A stretch of DNA of 64,000 nucleotides, taken from NCBI RefSeq assembly GCF_000143415.4, contig NW_003314280.1, positions 1,302,894 through 1,366,893 of the forward strand, in the 5' to 3' direction. How positions within the stretch are numbered: position 1 is the first letter of the stretch; each line of letters begins with the position of its first letter. The notes under the pieces are model-generated. The model made no database searches. It had not been told where the DNA came from and saw nothing but the letters and a program-made list of their open reading frames with translations. This document shows, piece after piece, positions 13,301 to 24,359 of the stretch. The position numbers were made by a program, and so were the translations under genes. This stretch comes from Selaginella moellendorffii (taxonomy: Eukaryota > Plantae > Lycopodiophyta).

Positions 13301-13817
13301 AGAGAGGAAAAAGAAGAGGGTGAAAACTTCGTAGAGTCAGGAACAGAACCCCGATTTAAGTTTAGGGAACTTTTCCTGATTCGGACTCGATGAACAGCAG
13401 GGGAAGCCGTGGGAGATGGTGATGTGGGAGAGATGAGCTGTAATTCCTTCCAACAAATTTGAGGCTGATGTAGTTGGAATCAAGGAAGACCGAGCACCAT
13501 AGAGGAGGACTTGTTGTTGATGATGTTGAAGGCGATATCGGTGACGGTGGACCCGATGTGTACTCGAACGGGCAACATTTCCCTAAGTCCAGAAGATGGA
13601 GACACAAAATGCCTGCCGATGCCTTCAACCCTCAGATCCCGTATGGTAGGAGAAAGAGGAACGTGATGTCGGGTAGCAAAGTTCGTGTCCATGAAACAGG
13701 AAGTTGCACCCGAGTCCAGTAGCGCTAAAGCCTTGAGTCCTGATTGTCCGGTGAAAGAAATGAGACATGGGACGCGGAAGTTGCGGGAATTGCTGGTGGC
13801 TTTGATGAAAGGTGGTG

Positions 13818-13902
13818 AGGAGCTTGATAAAGAAGAAAAGTGATTTTTATTCGGGGAGTCCAAACAGACAGCTCCTACTCTGTTTGGACAGGGTCGTTTC
13901 CC
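13818..13902 (-). promoter_or_regulatory. -1 programmed ribosomal frameshift signal at gag/pol: G GGA AAC plus predicted H-type pseudoknot
   Basis: Slippery heptamer at 13902-13896 in the gag frame, a 6-nt spacer, an 11-bp stem (13889-13879 with 13868-13858), and loop AGGAGCT complementary to AGCTCCT at 13824-13818. The -1 frame leads into the protease LLDSGA ORF. Confidence 0.85.
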
Positions 13903-14927
13903 GACTGCAACAGAGGTGGACTTTGAGGCAGAGTGAACTCGAGCAGTCGAGGAGGCTTCTTGGGACACACAGCTACTTTGTGATTAGGATCAGCACAGTA
14001 GAGGCAAAGATTATGAGATATTCGACGTTGCTTCTCAGCAGGACTCAACTTCCCTCTAATGAGTCGGGGAGTACCAGAAATATCCATCGGGACCGGAGCA
14101 GTAGGTTCAGGAGTATGCCCCGAAGACTCAAGCTGGGATTCCTAAGTTTGGGACGGAAAAACAGTGGCGCGGCAACTTTCCTAACGACATTCAAAGAGAC
14201 GATTGTCACATCGAACAGCTTTGGTGATGGCGTCCGACAGATCCTTGGGATCCTCCATGGTGAGCAACAAATCCTTGACACCGTTGTTGAGGCCGAAACG
14301 AAATTGGTCAATCAGGGCCCGCTCATCCCACTAAGTGTCCAAGGCAAGGAGTTGGAACTCTGCAGCGTAGATTGAGGCAGGACGAGACCCCTGAGAGAGA
14401 CGTCTCATCTTTGTGGTAGCAGCCCGAACCCAATCCGTCTCGCCAAAATATGCTTCGAGCTTCTCTTTGAACAATTGAAGATCCATCAGCTCCAGAACCA
14501 CGACCCCATTCATGCTCTTCTCCAGAAGAGGAGAAAACCATGACAAAGCTGCACCTTCGAGCAACATCCCAATTGCGCCAATTTGAGACTCGGGAGTGGG
14601 GTACCGCCGATCTTGAAGTGCAAAGATCAGCTCCATTTGGTTCAAAAATCCGTGAAGCTCCGAACGCTTGCCTGAAAATTTTGCCGGGAAACTCACCTTC
14701 AGTTCAGGAACTTTGCTGGATCCCTAAGCCAAAAGTGAAGCAAGCTCCTGCTGCATGCGAAAAAGGGTCGCCTTCAGCTCGGTATTCTCAGACTGGATTT
14801 TTGCAAGGACTTCGGCAAAGAAATCAGGATGGCTTGGAGACTCCATCAGCAAGAAGAAAGGAAAACAAAGGGGAAAAAAGACAAAGGCAAACAAATAATC
14901 GAAACGAGCTAAAACAAAAGCAAAAAG

Positions 14928-15048
14928 CACAATCTGAATCAAACTGTCAAGACCCCCAACAAGATTAAGACTGGAAAATGCAAAAGACAAAGAGAAAAGC
15001 TAGTGGAAACAAAGAAGAGGCCTTAGACTGGCGTTGATTCAGATTGTG
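14928..15048 (-). promoter_or_regulatory. Self-priming PBS: 15-nt perfect inverted repeat between the PBS and the predicted transcript 5' end
   Basis: CACAATCTGAATCAA (14928-14942) is the reverse complement of TTGATTCAGATTGTG (15034-15048). There is no TGG-starting tRNA PBS. Confidence 0.8.
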
Positions 15049-15325
15049 GAGAAATGGAACAAAGCTAACCTATATATACTATAGGTTGATGAAGCTCCAC
15101 CGGATTGAGGACAGCCTAAATATAGCTGAGGTTGAGGAGGCGCCACATCAATATCAGGAATGTGGCTTGAGACTCAGGAATCGTATAGGAAATCAGAGAG
15201 TCAGGAATAGGGAAGTGTCTTGAGAGTCAAGAATAGGGAAGTGTCTCAAGAATCAGGAATGTGGTCTGCAGTTCAGGAATCCGGCGAGAGTCAGGAATGT
15301 GGCAAGAATTGGGGGATTCCTGACA
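14945..15325 (-). repeat. 5' LTR (381 bp) of the chromovirus
   Basis: TGTCA...TGACA termini, internal AGGAAT-type repeats, TATA-like TATATATA at 15071-15078. Confidence 0.95.
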
Positions 15326-15804
15326 GAGGTTACCCTAACTCATTTAAGTTGGTGCATTTCTCACATAGTGTGATCACCGTGAAATTTTTTTAGAGTTGTT
15401 TCTATGCCAGTAGTCTATACTGGAGTATACATCAATAAGGATGTTGATCTTCCCTAAGGGGGGGAGAGTGTCGCAAATGTAACTTTGGGTATCAAAAGTT
15501 ACTTGTCGGCTAGTCCTTACAGACACTCTTTCCTTACTGCCACAATAGCAGAAGGTTGGTATTGCTGGACCCTTTATCAATCCCTTTTGTGCTAGTGGAG
15601 TTAACTGGGCATTTCAAGTATACTTAGACCGGACAAGTATAAGGATAGAATTCCTACATGCTATTAACTAAGCATACTTAGCTTGGTAAACAGTTCCCAT
15701 CTCATTGTGTTTTGCACTAGCTAGTGACAAGAATCCTCGCATATTAAGACTAGTCCCTCAATATCACTAGATGATAGCTTACCGTGTCTGCCAAATACCC
15801 TCAC

Positions 15805-15920
15805 TGTCAGGAATCCCCCAATTCTTGCCACATTCCTGCCTGACGTCAAATTCCTGACCCGCAGACCATATTCCTAACTTTCGAGACACTTCCCTATTCC
15901 TGACTCTCTGATTTCCTGTA
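15805..15920 (+). mobile_element. Truncated LTR of the same chromovirus family, opposite orientation
   Basis: TGTCAGGAATCCCCCAATTCTTGCCACATTCCTG... is the reverse complement of the 5' LTR end at 15325. Confidence 0.85.
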
Positions 15921-17488
15921 TGTGTTCCTTGATTTGTAATAAGTTTTTGAGGTAAAATGTACTTAGTGATAACATTTTTGTAATTTAGGTTTTATTTTAT
16001 GCTAACCTGTAATAAACTATTATTTTGCCTTTTCTCAATCAAACCATAATAAGTTAATTCTCAAATTACAACTATCAAAGTTAACAATTTAGTAGAATAA
16101 CATTTGTAGCAAAAAAATAAATGTAACCTAGTAAATTATACTAGAATATCTATAAATTTAAATTTCTTCCTATCATATTAGGGGTGAAAATAAATTTAAT
16201 AAACTATGATTTCACTTAGAAGTGAAACATAATAAAATGAGCTTCCAACTTCCACTTCATCAAGAAACTTATTTCTAGGAGAATATTCTACTTGAATATG
16301 AGTAAGAAATCTAGTCCTATTCCATATTTAGTAACTTTTCATGATTGTCCTAGAGAGTAACTCCTAAGACTTGGGTGAAAGCAGGGGGTGGTATGGAGAT
16401 TAAATTTGGACCCAAGTCGAACTCAAAACAAAGAAAAGCATGCAAGTGGGAATTAAACTATGCTTTAAGTTAGTGGAGTATCTATATCTTCACGTTAAGC
16501 TACTAGTATATTAAATTAGCGCCAAACTCCTATTTTGCATGCTAGTTTTAACGTTAGGATGTTAAATGCTCTAAGACTATTTCAATGTCACTCCATGCTT
16601 TTGTCCATTTGCTTTTTGGGTTGTATGTTCATAAGTTATTTTGTGCTCCAGTTACTTCGCTCTTTGATTATAGTTTGGGAGTTTACTCTATCCCTTCGTT
16701 CAATGGCCCAAGGTCTTGAAACTTAGGTTCTACTTTGTTACCTTTAGCCCACATGTCCAAGGGTTACATTCTGCTTTGTGGTTATCCTATAGTAAATCAC
16801 TATAAGGTAGAAGGTGAAATATATATATATTATATTTAGTATCAAAGGATATATCTCAGTAAATACTATCCAATGAGATTGGGTAGTTGCATATGTAGTG
16901 ATAAAAATAATTATCTGAGTGGGTACACGTTTCATTACTATGACTTTGCATGCATCTTTACCAATTGCATGAGCTTTCACTTGGGCTCATAAAATGGATG
17001 TGAGATATACCATTTACATGAGTTTGTGCTTGGGCTCATGAGAGTATATTAGCAACTTAAGGTGACACTTTAAGTTGGTAGGATTAATATTAGTGTATCG
17101 GTGGTTACCATAAGTTGTTTCATATTTCTATGGATAAAAAGTAAACCTCCCCTATATTTGTTATGAATGGTGAATAGGTTGGTTTGTAGCTATTTAGCAT
17201 AGCACTAGTGGATCCTTTCTAGGCATTATGAGTGGATCAATCAAAATTATAAAGATTACTCTATTAGTTCAAGTAGTCATTACTGTGCTCTTTTATAAAC
17301 TTTTCTTAGATGAAACTAAAAGTAGTGCAAACAGAAGCTTAAGGTTTAGTGAAGTTGAGATAAAAAAAAAGAGTCATTAGGGACAAAGGATTAAACACAA
17401 AAATCATCTTCTCTTCTTTGGGAGATAATTTAGTAATGAAGTGTAATCTCATTGCTCATGTTTATATCATGCAATCGAAAGTCCCTAT

Positions 17489-17491
<3 letters not shown>

Positions 17492-17545
<54 letters not shown>
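17492..17545. repeat. (TA)n microsatellite
   Basis: Direct observation, about 25 TA units. Confidence 0.95.
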
Positions 17546-17549
<4 letters not shown>

Positions 17550-17869
17550 CACATGTGGTAAATAGTGAGATAGATATATAGATAGATATAGCACGAGAAC
17601 CCTCTGTGTTTACGCGCGCTAGTGCACGGTTATATATACAACACTCATTTCTTTTCCAGGAAACAGTGATATTGCTCCTTATACAGTTGAGTGGTAGATT
17701 AGTTTTAAGTTTGGATAGAGAGAGAGAGACATATGTGTATATGTGTTGAGAATAAAATATATGGTGAGATAGTGATATTATATACATATATATATCTCTA
17801 TATATTACACTAGAGGTGTCCCTGTCCCTTTAAATATATATATGTCTTTGTGAAAAGAGTTATATGTGT

Positions 17870-17969
17870 NNNNNNNNNNNNNNNNNNNNNNNNNNNNNNN
17901 NNNNNNNNNNNNNNNNNNNNNNNNNNNNNNNNNNNNNNNNNNNNNNNNNNNNNNNNNNNNNNNNNNNNN
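17870..17969. other. Assembly gap (100 N)
   Basis: Run of n. Confidence 1.
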
Positions 17970-18569
17970 ACTTAATGAAAAGAGTTTTATGTTTGGGTCT
18001 TATAAAAGTGAGTTGAAGAATGATTGTTGGTTGCTACGCGACTAGTGATTACTTATAGACTTCGTCAAGGATTGTTAACATATTACTTAGCTCGATGATG
18101 ATTTAGCAATTATAGGGTTACTTTATTAGATGGTATTGAAAAGGATTGTGTCATTAGTTTACATGGTATTTCCATATTAGCATAATGATTCTACTTTTAT
18201 TAATATTATTTAGTTATGTTTAATTTATAATGTTAAATTTCATTGAATCTTGGATGTGGTGAATGTATGGTACCTATGATCCTCCAACTAAGATCACTGA
18301 CTTTATGTCCTTTGACACAGTCACAATGACCTTGGCCTAGGACAATTGCGACTCAAGATTGCCCTAGTCACACTGTCTCCAAGTCCTTGGACTCAGACAT
18401 AGTCTAGGACTAGCGTATTGCATGAACTCAAACTAGGGCTTGAGTTGCAGACTTAGATTAGACATGGAATCCAAATTTGTTGACACATGGTGGGGAAAAC
18501 TTCAAGGTTCAGCCTTTGTCTAAGGTGAACCTTGGTAGACTAACTTGCCCTGCCTAGAGCTTGCCTTGC

Positions 18570-18822
18570 TTGGGGAATCACACCATACAACATTACAAGT
18601 GTTATTTGAGATATATGAACAATGATGAATATAAGAGAGGGAGCACCATAAAACAGGTGTCAGTCCGTGTTAGTTATGAGTTGATCATAGTTTCTTATGC
18701 ATATAATTATGTGTTAAGCATGAAACAAACTAGTATAAATTTTGCTTCAAAAGGAGTAAAGTTATAGCTTTTGCTAATGCTGATCTCATTGGTGACTATG
18801 ATGATAGAAGATCTAACAAGAA
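18570..18822 (+). mobile_element. Copia RT/RNase H remnant
   Basis: Translates ...HYKCYLRYM... and VIAFANADLIGDYDDRRS, resembling the Copia KRILRYL...GYSDADWAGDxDDRRSTSG region. Confidence 0.55.
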
Positions 18823-19059
18823 ATAATAATTAAGCTCTCTCAAATTGCAAGATGAAAAATATAATAATTATAACAATCTAAGTAAGATGACTACTAAAAG
18901 AGCTTCACTTTGTGTGTGTAGGCAAATCTACAATAACAACTCTTCAGCATTTCTTTAAAACCCATTGAAGCCACAACTTCAATAGTTGTAAGTATATTCC
19001 TATTTTTTGTTTTTCATTCTTGTTCTTGTTAAAAATAGAGCAATTAGCTTTCTTTCAAG

Positions 19060-19620
19060 CTATTTGATATTTTCTGTTTTCTTAAGCAAACCTCTAGAGG
19101 TATATGTAGAATATGTAGTTGTTATTCATTTATATTATTTTTATATTTATAATATAAACACTTCATAATATATTCTGCTTATTCTACCATTTAATAGCTT
19201 TTTTTGGTTTTCTTAATTGGTGGTAGTGAATATACCTAGAATATGCTTGGATATTCTAGGATATTCTACCATCTAACAATTGTTATTTATTTAGATTAAT
19301 CTTATATTCATAATTTATAAACATGTTTATAATTTATAAACTTTCCTAATCACTTCCTCGTATATTCTAGTTTATTCTATCATCTAATTCAATAATATTA
19401 ATCTTGTGTTTATAAGTTACAAATATTTTTGTTATTATATATGATCAATTAAATTAATAAATAGAAATAACACTACTATTAAGCAAAACAAAAGTTGCTG
19501 CATATAATCTGCAGAAAATTATTTATAAATTCTAAACATGTTTATAATTATAAACTGTCTATTATTTAATAAATGGTACTAAACTACTATTAATCAAAAC
19601 CAAACATTACCATAACAAAT
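19060..19620. repeat. AT-rich dispersed repeat with internal ATTCTACCATCTAA units; a related copy lies at ~27010-27460
   Basis: GGATATTC(T/A)AGGATATTCTACCATCTAA and TGATCAATT..ATTAATAAATA...CACTACTATTAAG are shared between ~19245-19485 and ~27120-27305. Confidence 0.65.
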
Positions 19621-19659
19621 TATTTTACCTTGCACTACTGATTTTGATCAACCAGGCCA

Positions 19660-21406
19660 TTATATTTTCTCCATGACGAGAGGAAGACCGTGGCGAGGTC
19701 TGAGCGTAAGTTTGAACACCGGGCAGTGGCGATACGATGGCGACAACCGAAACCGGAAGCGCTGGAGAATGGTGGCCAAGGCGATCTTGGCTTCCATGAG
19801 TACAAAGGACTGGCCGACGCACACCCGGGGGCCAAGTGAAAACGGCATGAATGCGTTCGGGTGCTTGGACGCCTTGGTGACACCATCCTTGAAACGCTCC
19901 GGATTGAACTCGTGGGCGTCCTCCCCCCAGAGCTCCTTGTCGTGGTGGATGGCGAGGATTGGAAAGGAGACCGCCGCTCCCTTTGGGACGAGGATATCTC
20001 CCAGTATGGTGTCCTCGAAGCACGATCGCATCATCACCACCACCGGTGGATACAGGCGGAGAGTTTCGTGGAGGATCATGTTGATCTAGCCATGAGAAAG
20101 AAAGCTTGAGCTCGTCAAACTCGAAAGTAACGTAAAACCTTTACCAGCTTGAGCTTGCTGATTGAATCGGCTTCTGGAGTGGCACCTTCGCAGACTTCCT
20201 GGGCCTCGGCGCGAGCGCGCTCCTGCCATTCCCGGTGCAAAGCCAGTAGCGTTATGGACCAGGTGAGCAGAGTTGCCGTCGTCTCGTGGCCAGCAAAGTA
20301 GAAAGTCTTGCACTCCTCCATCACGGCCCGATCGTCAAAAGAAGAGTTTCCACACTCGGCAAGCATCAGCCCCAGTAAGTCATGACTCTGGCCACTCTGA
20401 GCTCGCCGCTCCTTGATCAGGGCCAGCAGCAGCGAGTCGAGGTCGCTGTAGAGCTTTCTCAATCGAAAGTTTGCTGGAAACGGAAGGAATCTACGGTGGA
20501 TCAGAAAATCGTGTTATAGTACGTAAACGAAAGAGATTTGATCACCTTTTGCCTGGTATATAGTTGTATCGATCGACCTTCGAAAGCTGCTCTGGGATTG
20601 CTCTCAAGGTTTCGAAGACCTTCTGGCCTTTGAGATAGCTGCTTCCGAATGCCGTGTGGGAGATAATGTCTGCGGTTAGCTTTGAGAATTCACTGCTCAT
20701 TTCAATCTCGGGCTGCTCGCGGAGCGCTTCTTCCAACCTGTCTAGCATCTCGAGCGCGCACAGTCCGATACGGGGCACCATTTTCTGGTTTGTATGACCA
20801 AGTAATGAAAGTTGATAAGAAGTAAAGAAAGAAAAAATGGAACCTTGAGCTTCTCTAGGTAAAAAGCTGGAGCCACAACACGTCGATGGTAGCTCCACTC
20901 GTCACCTCTCACGGCAACGAGCCCTCGGCCAACTATGGAGACCAGTCCGGAAACCATTATGTCCGACTTCTCAAACTGGGTAACTTTCTTGGCAAGAACT
21001 TCTCTGATGAGCTCGGGCTCCGTGACCATGATCCTGGGCTCCGTCGCCCACCAGTAGCAATACCTCTTTCCTGCGAAGAAATCGTCCAGAGTACAGGAAT
21101 TTACGAGGAGAAGTTACCATATTCCTTGGACCACTGGTGGTAATCCAGCAACACATGCTTCACAATGTCGTGATTCAAGCCTTCCATGTCCCGCTCCTTG
21201 CCAGTATCTCTCATCTTCATCACCTGGAGCATGTTGCCGGCCATGAAAGTCCTTGGTGGCCCCTCGATACCCTGGCTTCGAATCCTTGCGTCGAGCGATC
21301 TTGGCTCCAGCCAGAACCTGGTGACAATCGATCGCCATAGCTTCGCAACCAGTGCTAGCAACACGAGCAGCACGCCCGTCCACACCGCCTTGCCAATGCC
21401 CTCCAT
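19660..21406 (-). CDS. Cytochrome P450, CYP72 clan (about 508 aa, 5 exons)
   Basis: Exons 21406-21118, 21070-20844, 20784-20546, 20490-20145 and 20085-19660 join in frame with GT-AG introns. Motifs: N-terminal TM, QGIEGPP, EECKTFYFAGHETT, ETLRLYPP, PERF and heme FSLGPRVCVG. Confidence 0.95.
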
Positions 21407-22147
21407 TAGATAATAATAAAGACGTATTTTTTCGGGGCCACCCGGATGATATCCAGTTCTGGAATTTTCCTAGAAACCTGGAAACTGTTTTCTAGAGAAC
21501 TCCTTTGCTTAAGACAATCAATGCCAAATGGGACTTGGATCGTCAGAAAAATGAATAATTTGAATATAATTATTTTTAAAAAAAATTTGTTTCTGAGTTC
21601 TTTCGTTATCGCATCAGGGATTTAATGTAATGCTTGTCAAGATCTTTCAGCAAGCACTGAACACCTTGTACAATTGAAAAATCTTCTAAACTCTCAGTGG
21701 CAATCAGTGACAGTCCGTGTGATTCTGAGCAAAGATCATGCTGTTGTGGTCTTCAATGCCATGCGCCAGCCCGTCAACTTTTTGTCCCTTTGTATATCCA
21801 CGGGCTCCCCGAAAGCAAATTTCATAGACATGTTCCTTTCGATGGAAGAAGTCTTGCGGACGAGACAAGAGCGATCGGACCCAACACTTCTTTATGGTGG
21901 TATCTTTGCAGGCCCGTCATTGATCCAAAGATTAGGTGGATCATGGTTATAAATGCATCTAAAACTTGTTCTTCTTCGTGTTTGATCTCTCCGCGCTACA
22001 CGAAAAGAATCGCCATCTCCATACATGGTCGGTTGAGTGATTGGATACCTTTTCGCAAAACCTGGCTTTGATTCCGGATCGTTTTTGTGATGCATGGGCC
22101 GTGTCTTGTTTTGGCAGGAGCACGCTGTCGAGTTACACAAATCCAGC

Positions 22148-24299
22148 ATGAATCTCGAGGCAGGAGCCGAGGGAGACCAGCGAGCCGAGGATCCCGAGTG
22201 GAGCACGACTTGGCGAGGCCGCCGAATCGTGAAAGGAGGCTGGAAGACGAGCCCTTTCATCTTTGGTATAACTCTCTCCCTCGAGCATTCTGCAAGGATC
22301 TAGAAGATCGTCATCTCGCTTTGCTGCTTGACTTGCAGGGAACGAGGCGACTGAGAAGCTGGGAGCCATTGGACTGCAAGTGAATCTGGTGACATACCTC
22401 GTCCAGCAGCTCCATTTCAAGCCGGCCGATGCGTCCAACACCCTCACCACTTTCGGCGGGACCGCAGCCTTCACACCCTTTGTCGGTGCCATCATCGCTG
22501 ATGCGTATGTTGGTCGCTACTGGGTGGTGCTCTTGGGCTCTATCCTCTTCACACTGGTAAGAAACCATCCATCCCTCCATCTAGCCAAAAGTTTGGATAG
22601 ATAGAGCCTTCTCCTGTAGATTCTACGAGGGGAATGATCGATTAGATATAATCATTGTAAGATCGAGGATAAGTCAAAGAAGAAGAGAAGAAAACCAGAA
22701 AAAGAACAAGAGAATCAGATACTAGAAGCCTAGAAAGACTGTGGAGCACTGATTTGCTTGGTGGCTTGGCAGGGATCCTTCGTTCTCACGATCCAAGCCC
22801 TGGTTCCCAGCCTGAGACCCGACCAATGCGCGGCGAAATCATCGCTGTGCGAGCGCTCGACAGTGGGTCAGCTGGGATTCCTGTACCTCTCCTTCGTTTT
22901 GCAGGCCGCGGGCTCGGGGGGGATCCGGCCATGCGTCGCTGCATTTGGGGCGGACCAATTCAACGAGGAGGATCCCAAGCAGCGCACCCAGATCCTCCAC
23001 TTCTTCAACTGGTACTACTTCACACTCCAGCTCGCCACGCTCATCACCTCCACCGTGTTCGTGTGGATCCAAGACAACGTCGGCTGGGCCGTCGGATTCG
23101 GCCTCCCCGCCGTGCTCATGGCGCTGTCCGTCATCAGCTTCGTGGCCGGCACGCCCATCTACCGGACCGCCCGCCCCACCGGCAGCCCCATCACCAGGCT
23201 CTTCCAGGTCATCGCCGCCGCCGTGAAGAAGCGCAAGCTAGAGCTGCCGAACGATCCGATGGAGCTGTTTGGGGCCAAGGACAAGCTCCACTCGCCCACG
23301 CGGCTGCTCCACACGGATCAATTCAGGTGATATTACCCGTACCTCTGTTTTTAGGTCTCTTGCCCCTTTTCTTTTAGGGTTCTTCCAAGATTAGGGTTCT
23401 TCTCACATTTCCATATCCTGCGCTCTGCCAGATTCCTGGACAAAGCTGCGATCGTAACAGACGATGACCAGCGGCGCAGCGGCGGCGATGTGGACCCCTG
23501 GAAGGTGAGCAGCGTCCACAGCGTGGAGGAGCTCAAGCTGCTGCTCCGGCTGCTACCCATCCTATGCACGGGCGTGCTCGTCTTCACGGCGTGGGCGCAG
23601 CAGGGCACCTTCTGGGTCCAGCAGGGCCGGACAATGGACCGCCGCCTCGTCGCCTCCAGCTCCTTTGAGATCCCGCCCGGATCGATGACGGCATTCACCA
23701 CTCTCGCGCTGCTCGTCCTCATCCCGGTCTACGACAAGCTGGGGATCCCAGTGCTGCGCCGGATCACGGGCCACCCCCGCGGCCTCACCTCCCTCCAGAG
23801 GATCGCCATCGGCCTCGTCGTCTCCATCCTCGTCATGGTGGCCGCCGCCGCCACCGAGGTGAAGCGGCGCAGCGCCGCCGCCGCCGCGGGGCTGCTCGAC
23901 TCCACCGACCGGACCATCCCCATCTCGATCTTCTGGCTGCTCCCGCAGTACGTGCTCATTGGGGTGATGGAGCTCTTCCTCTCCATCGGCCAGATCGAGT
24001 TCTTCTACGATCAGTCGCCCGAGAGCATGCGAAGCATGGCCACGGCGGTGTTTTGGATGGTGATTGGCGGTGGTAGCTATTGTAGCACCGCGATGGTGAG
24101 CGCCGTGCACGCCATGACCAACTGGGTGCCCGATAACATCAACCGCGGACGGCTGGATTTGTTCTACTGGATGCTGGCGGGGATCCTGACCGTCAATCTC
24201 GGCGTCTACTTGGTGGTGGCAAGGTGGTATAGGTACAAGCGCTGGAACGACGTGCCCGAGGAAAATGGGAAGGTTTTGAAAAAGGTGGAGCAAACTTGA
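22148..24299 (+). CDS. NRT1/PTR family (NPF) transporter, about 585 aa, 4 exons
   Basis: Exons 22148-22265, 22339-22556, 22773-23326 and 23432-24299. Motifs: GGWKTSPFIFGNEATEK (ExxEK), GGIRPCVAAFGADQF, FFNWYYF, EFFYDQSPESMRS. Confidence 0.96.
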
Positions 24300-24359
24300 A
24301 ATGTATAGTCATCATTAAAGACCAATGTAATCACACTGTATGATATATCTCCTCTCTAT

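Larger units (their letters stand above)
9983..15325 (-). mobile_element. Gypsy chromovirus LTR retrotransposon (Tcn1/Tf1-sushi-like), defective, TSD GAGGT
   Basis: LTRs at 9983-10362 and 14945-15325; GAGGT at 9978-9982 and 15326-15330. Domains: gag with CCHC knuckle (CLYCADPNHKVAVC), protease LLDSGA, RT YLDD, RNase H (DASD, TDHKNL), integrase (HDSPTAGHFG, SMDF, VSDRGPQF, HPQTDGQSE) and chromodomain start EYEVQDILDS. Several stops and frameshifts. Confidence 0.97.
6519..18263. repeat. Copy B and partial further copies of the same tandem repeat unit, interrupted by a MITE, the Gypsy element, an LTR fragment, (TA)n and a gap
   Basis: Colinear similarity to copy A. In addition, ~17050-17485 matches ~5137-5580 and ~17980-18262 matches ~820-1102. 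Confidence 0.8.

Noticed and set aside
10827-14968. Plus-strand ORFs antisense to the chromovirus gag-pol
   Set aside because: They are shadow frames of the retroelement coding strand with no independent motifs.
17590-17632. Possible Helitron 3' hairpin plus CTAG next to the (TA)n tract
   Set aside because: No convincing hairpin is positioned about 10-15 nt before a terminal CTRR.
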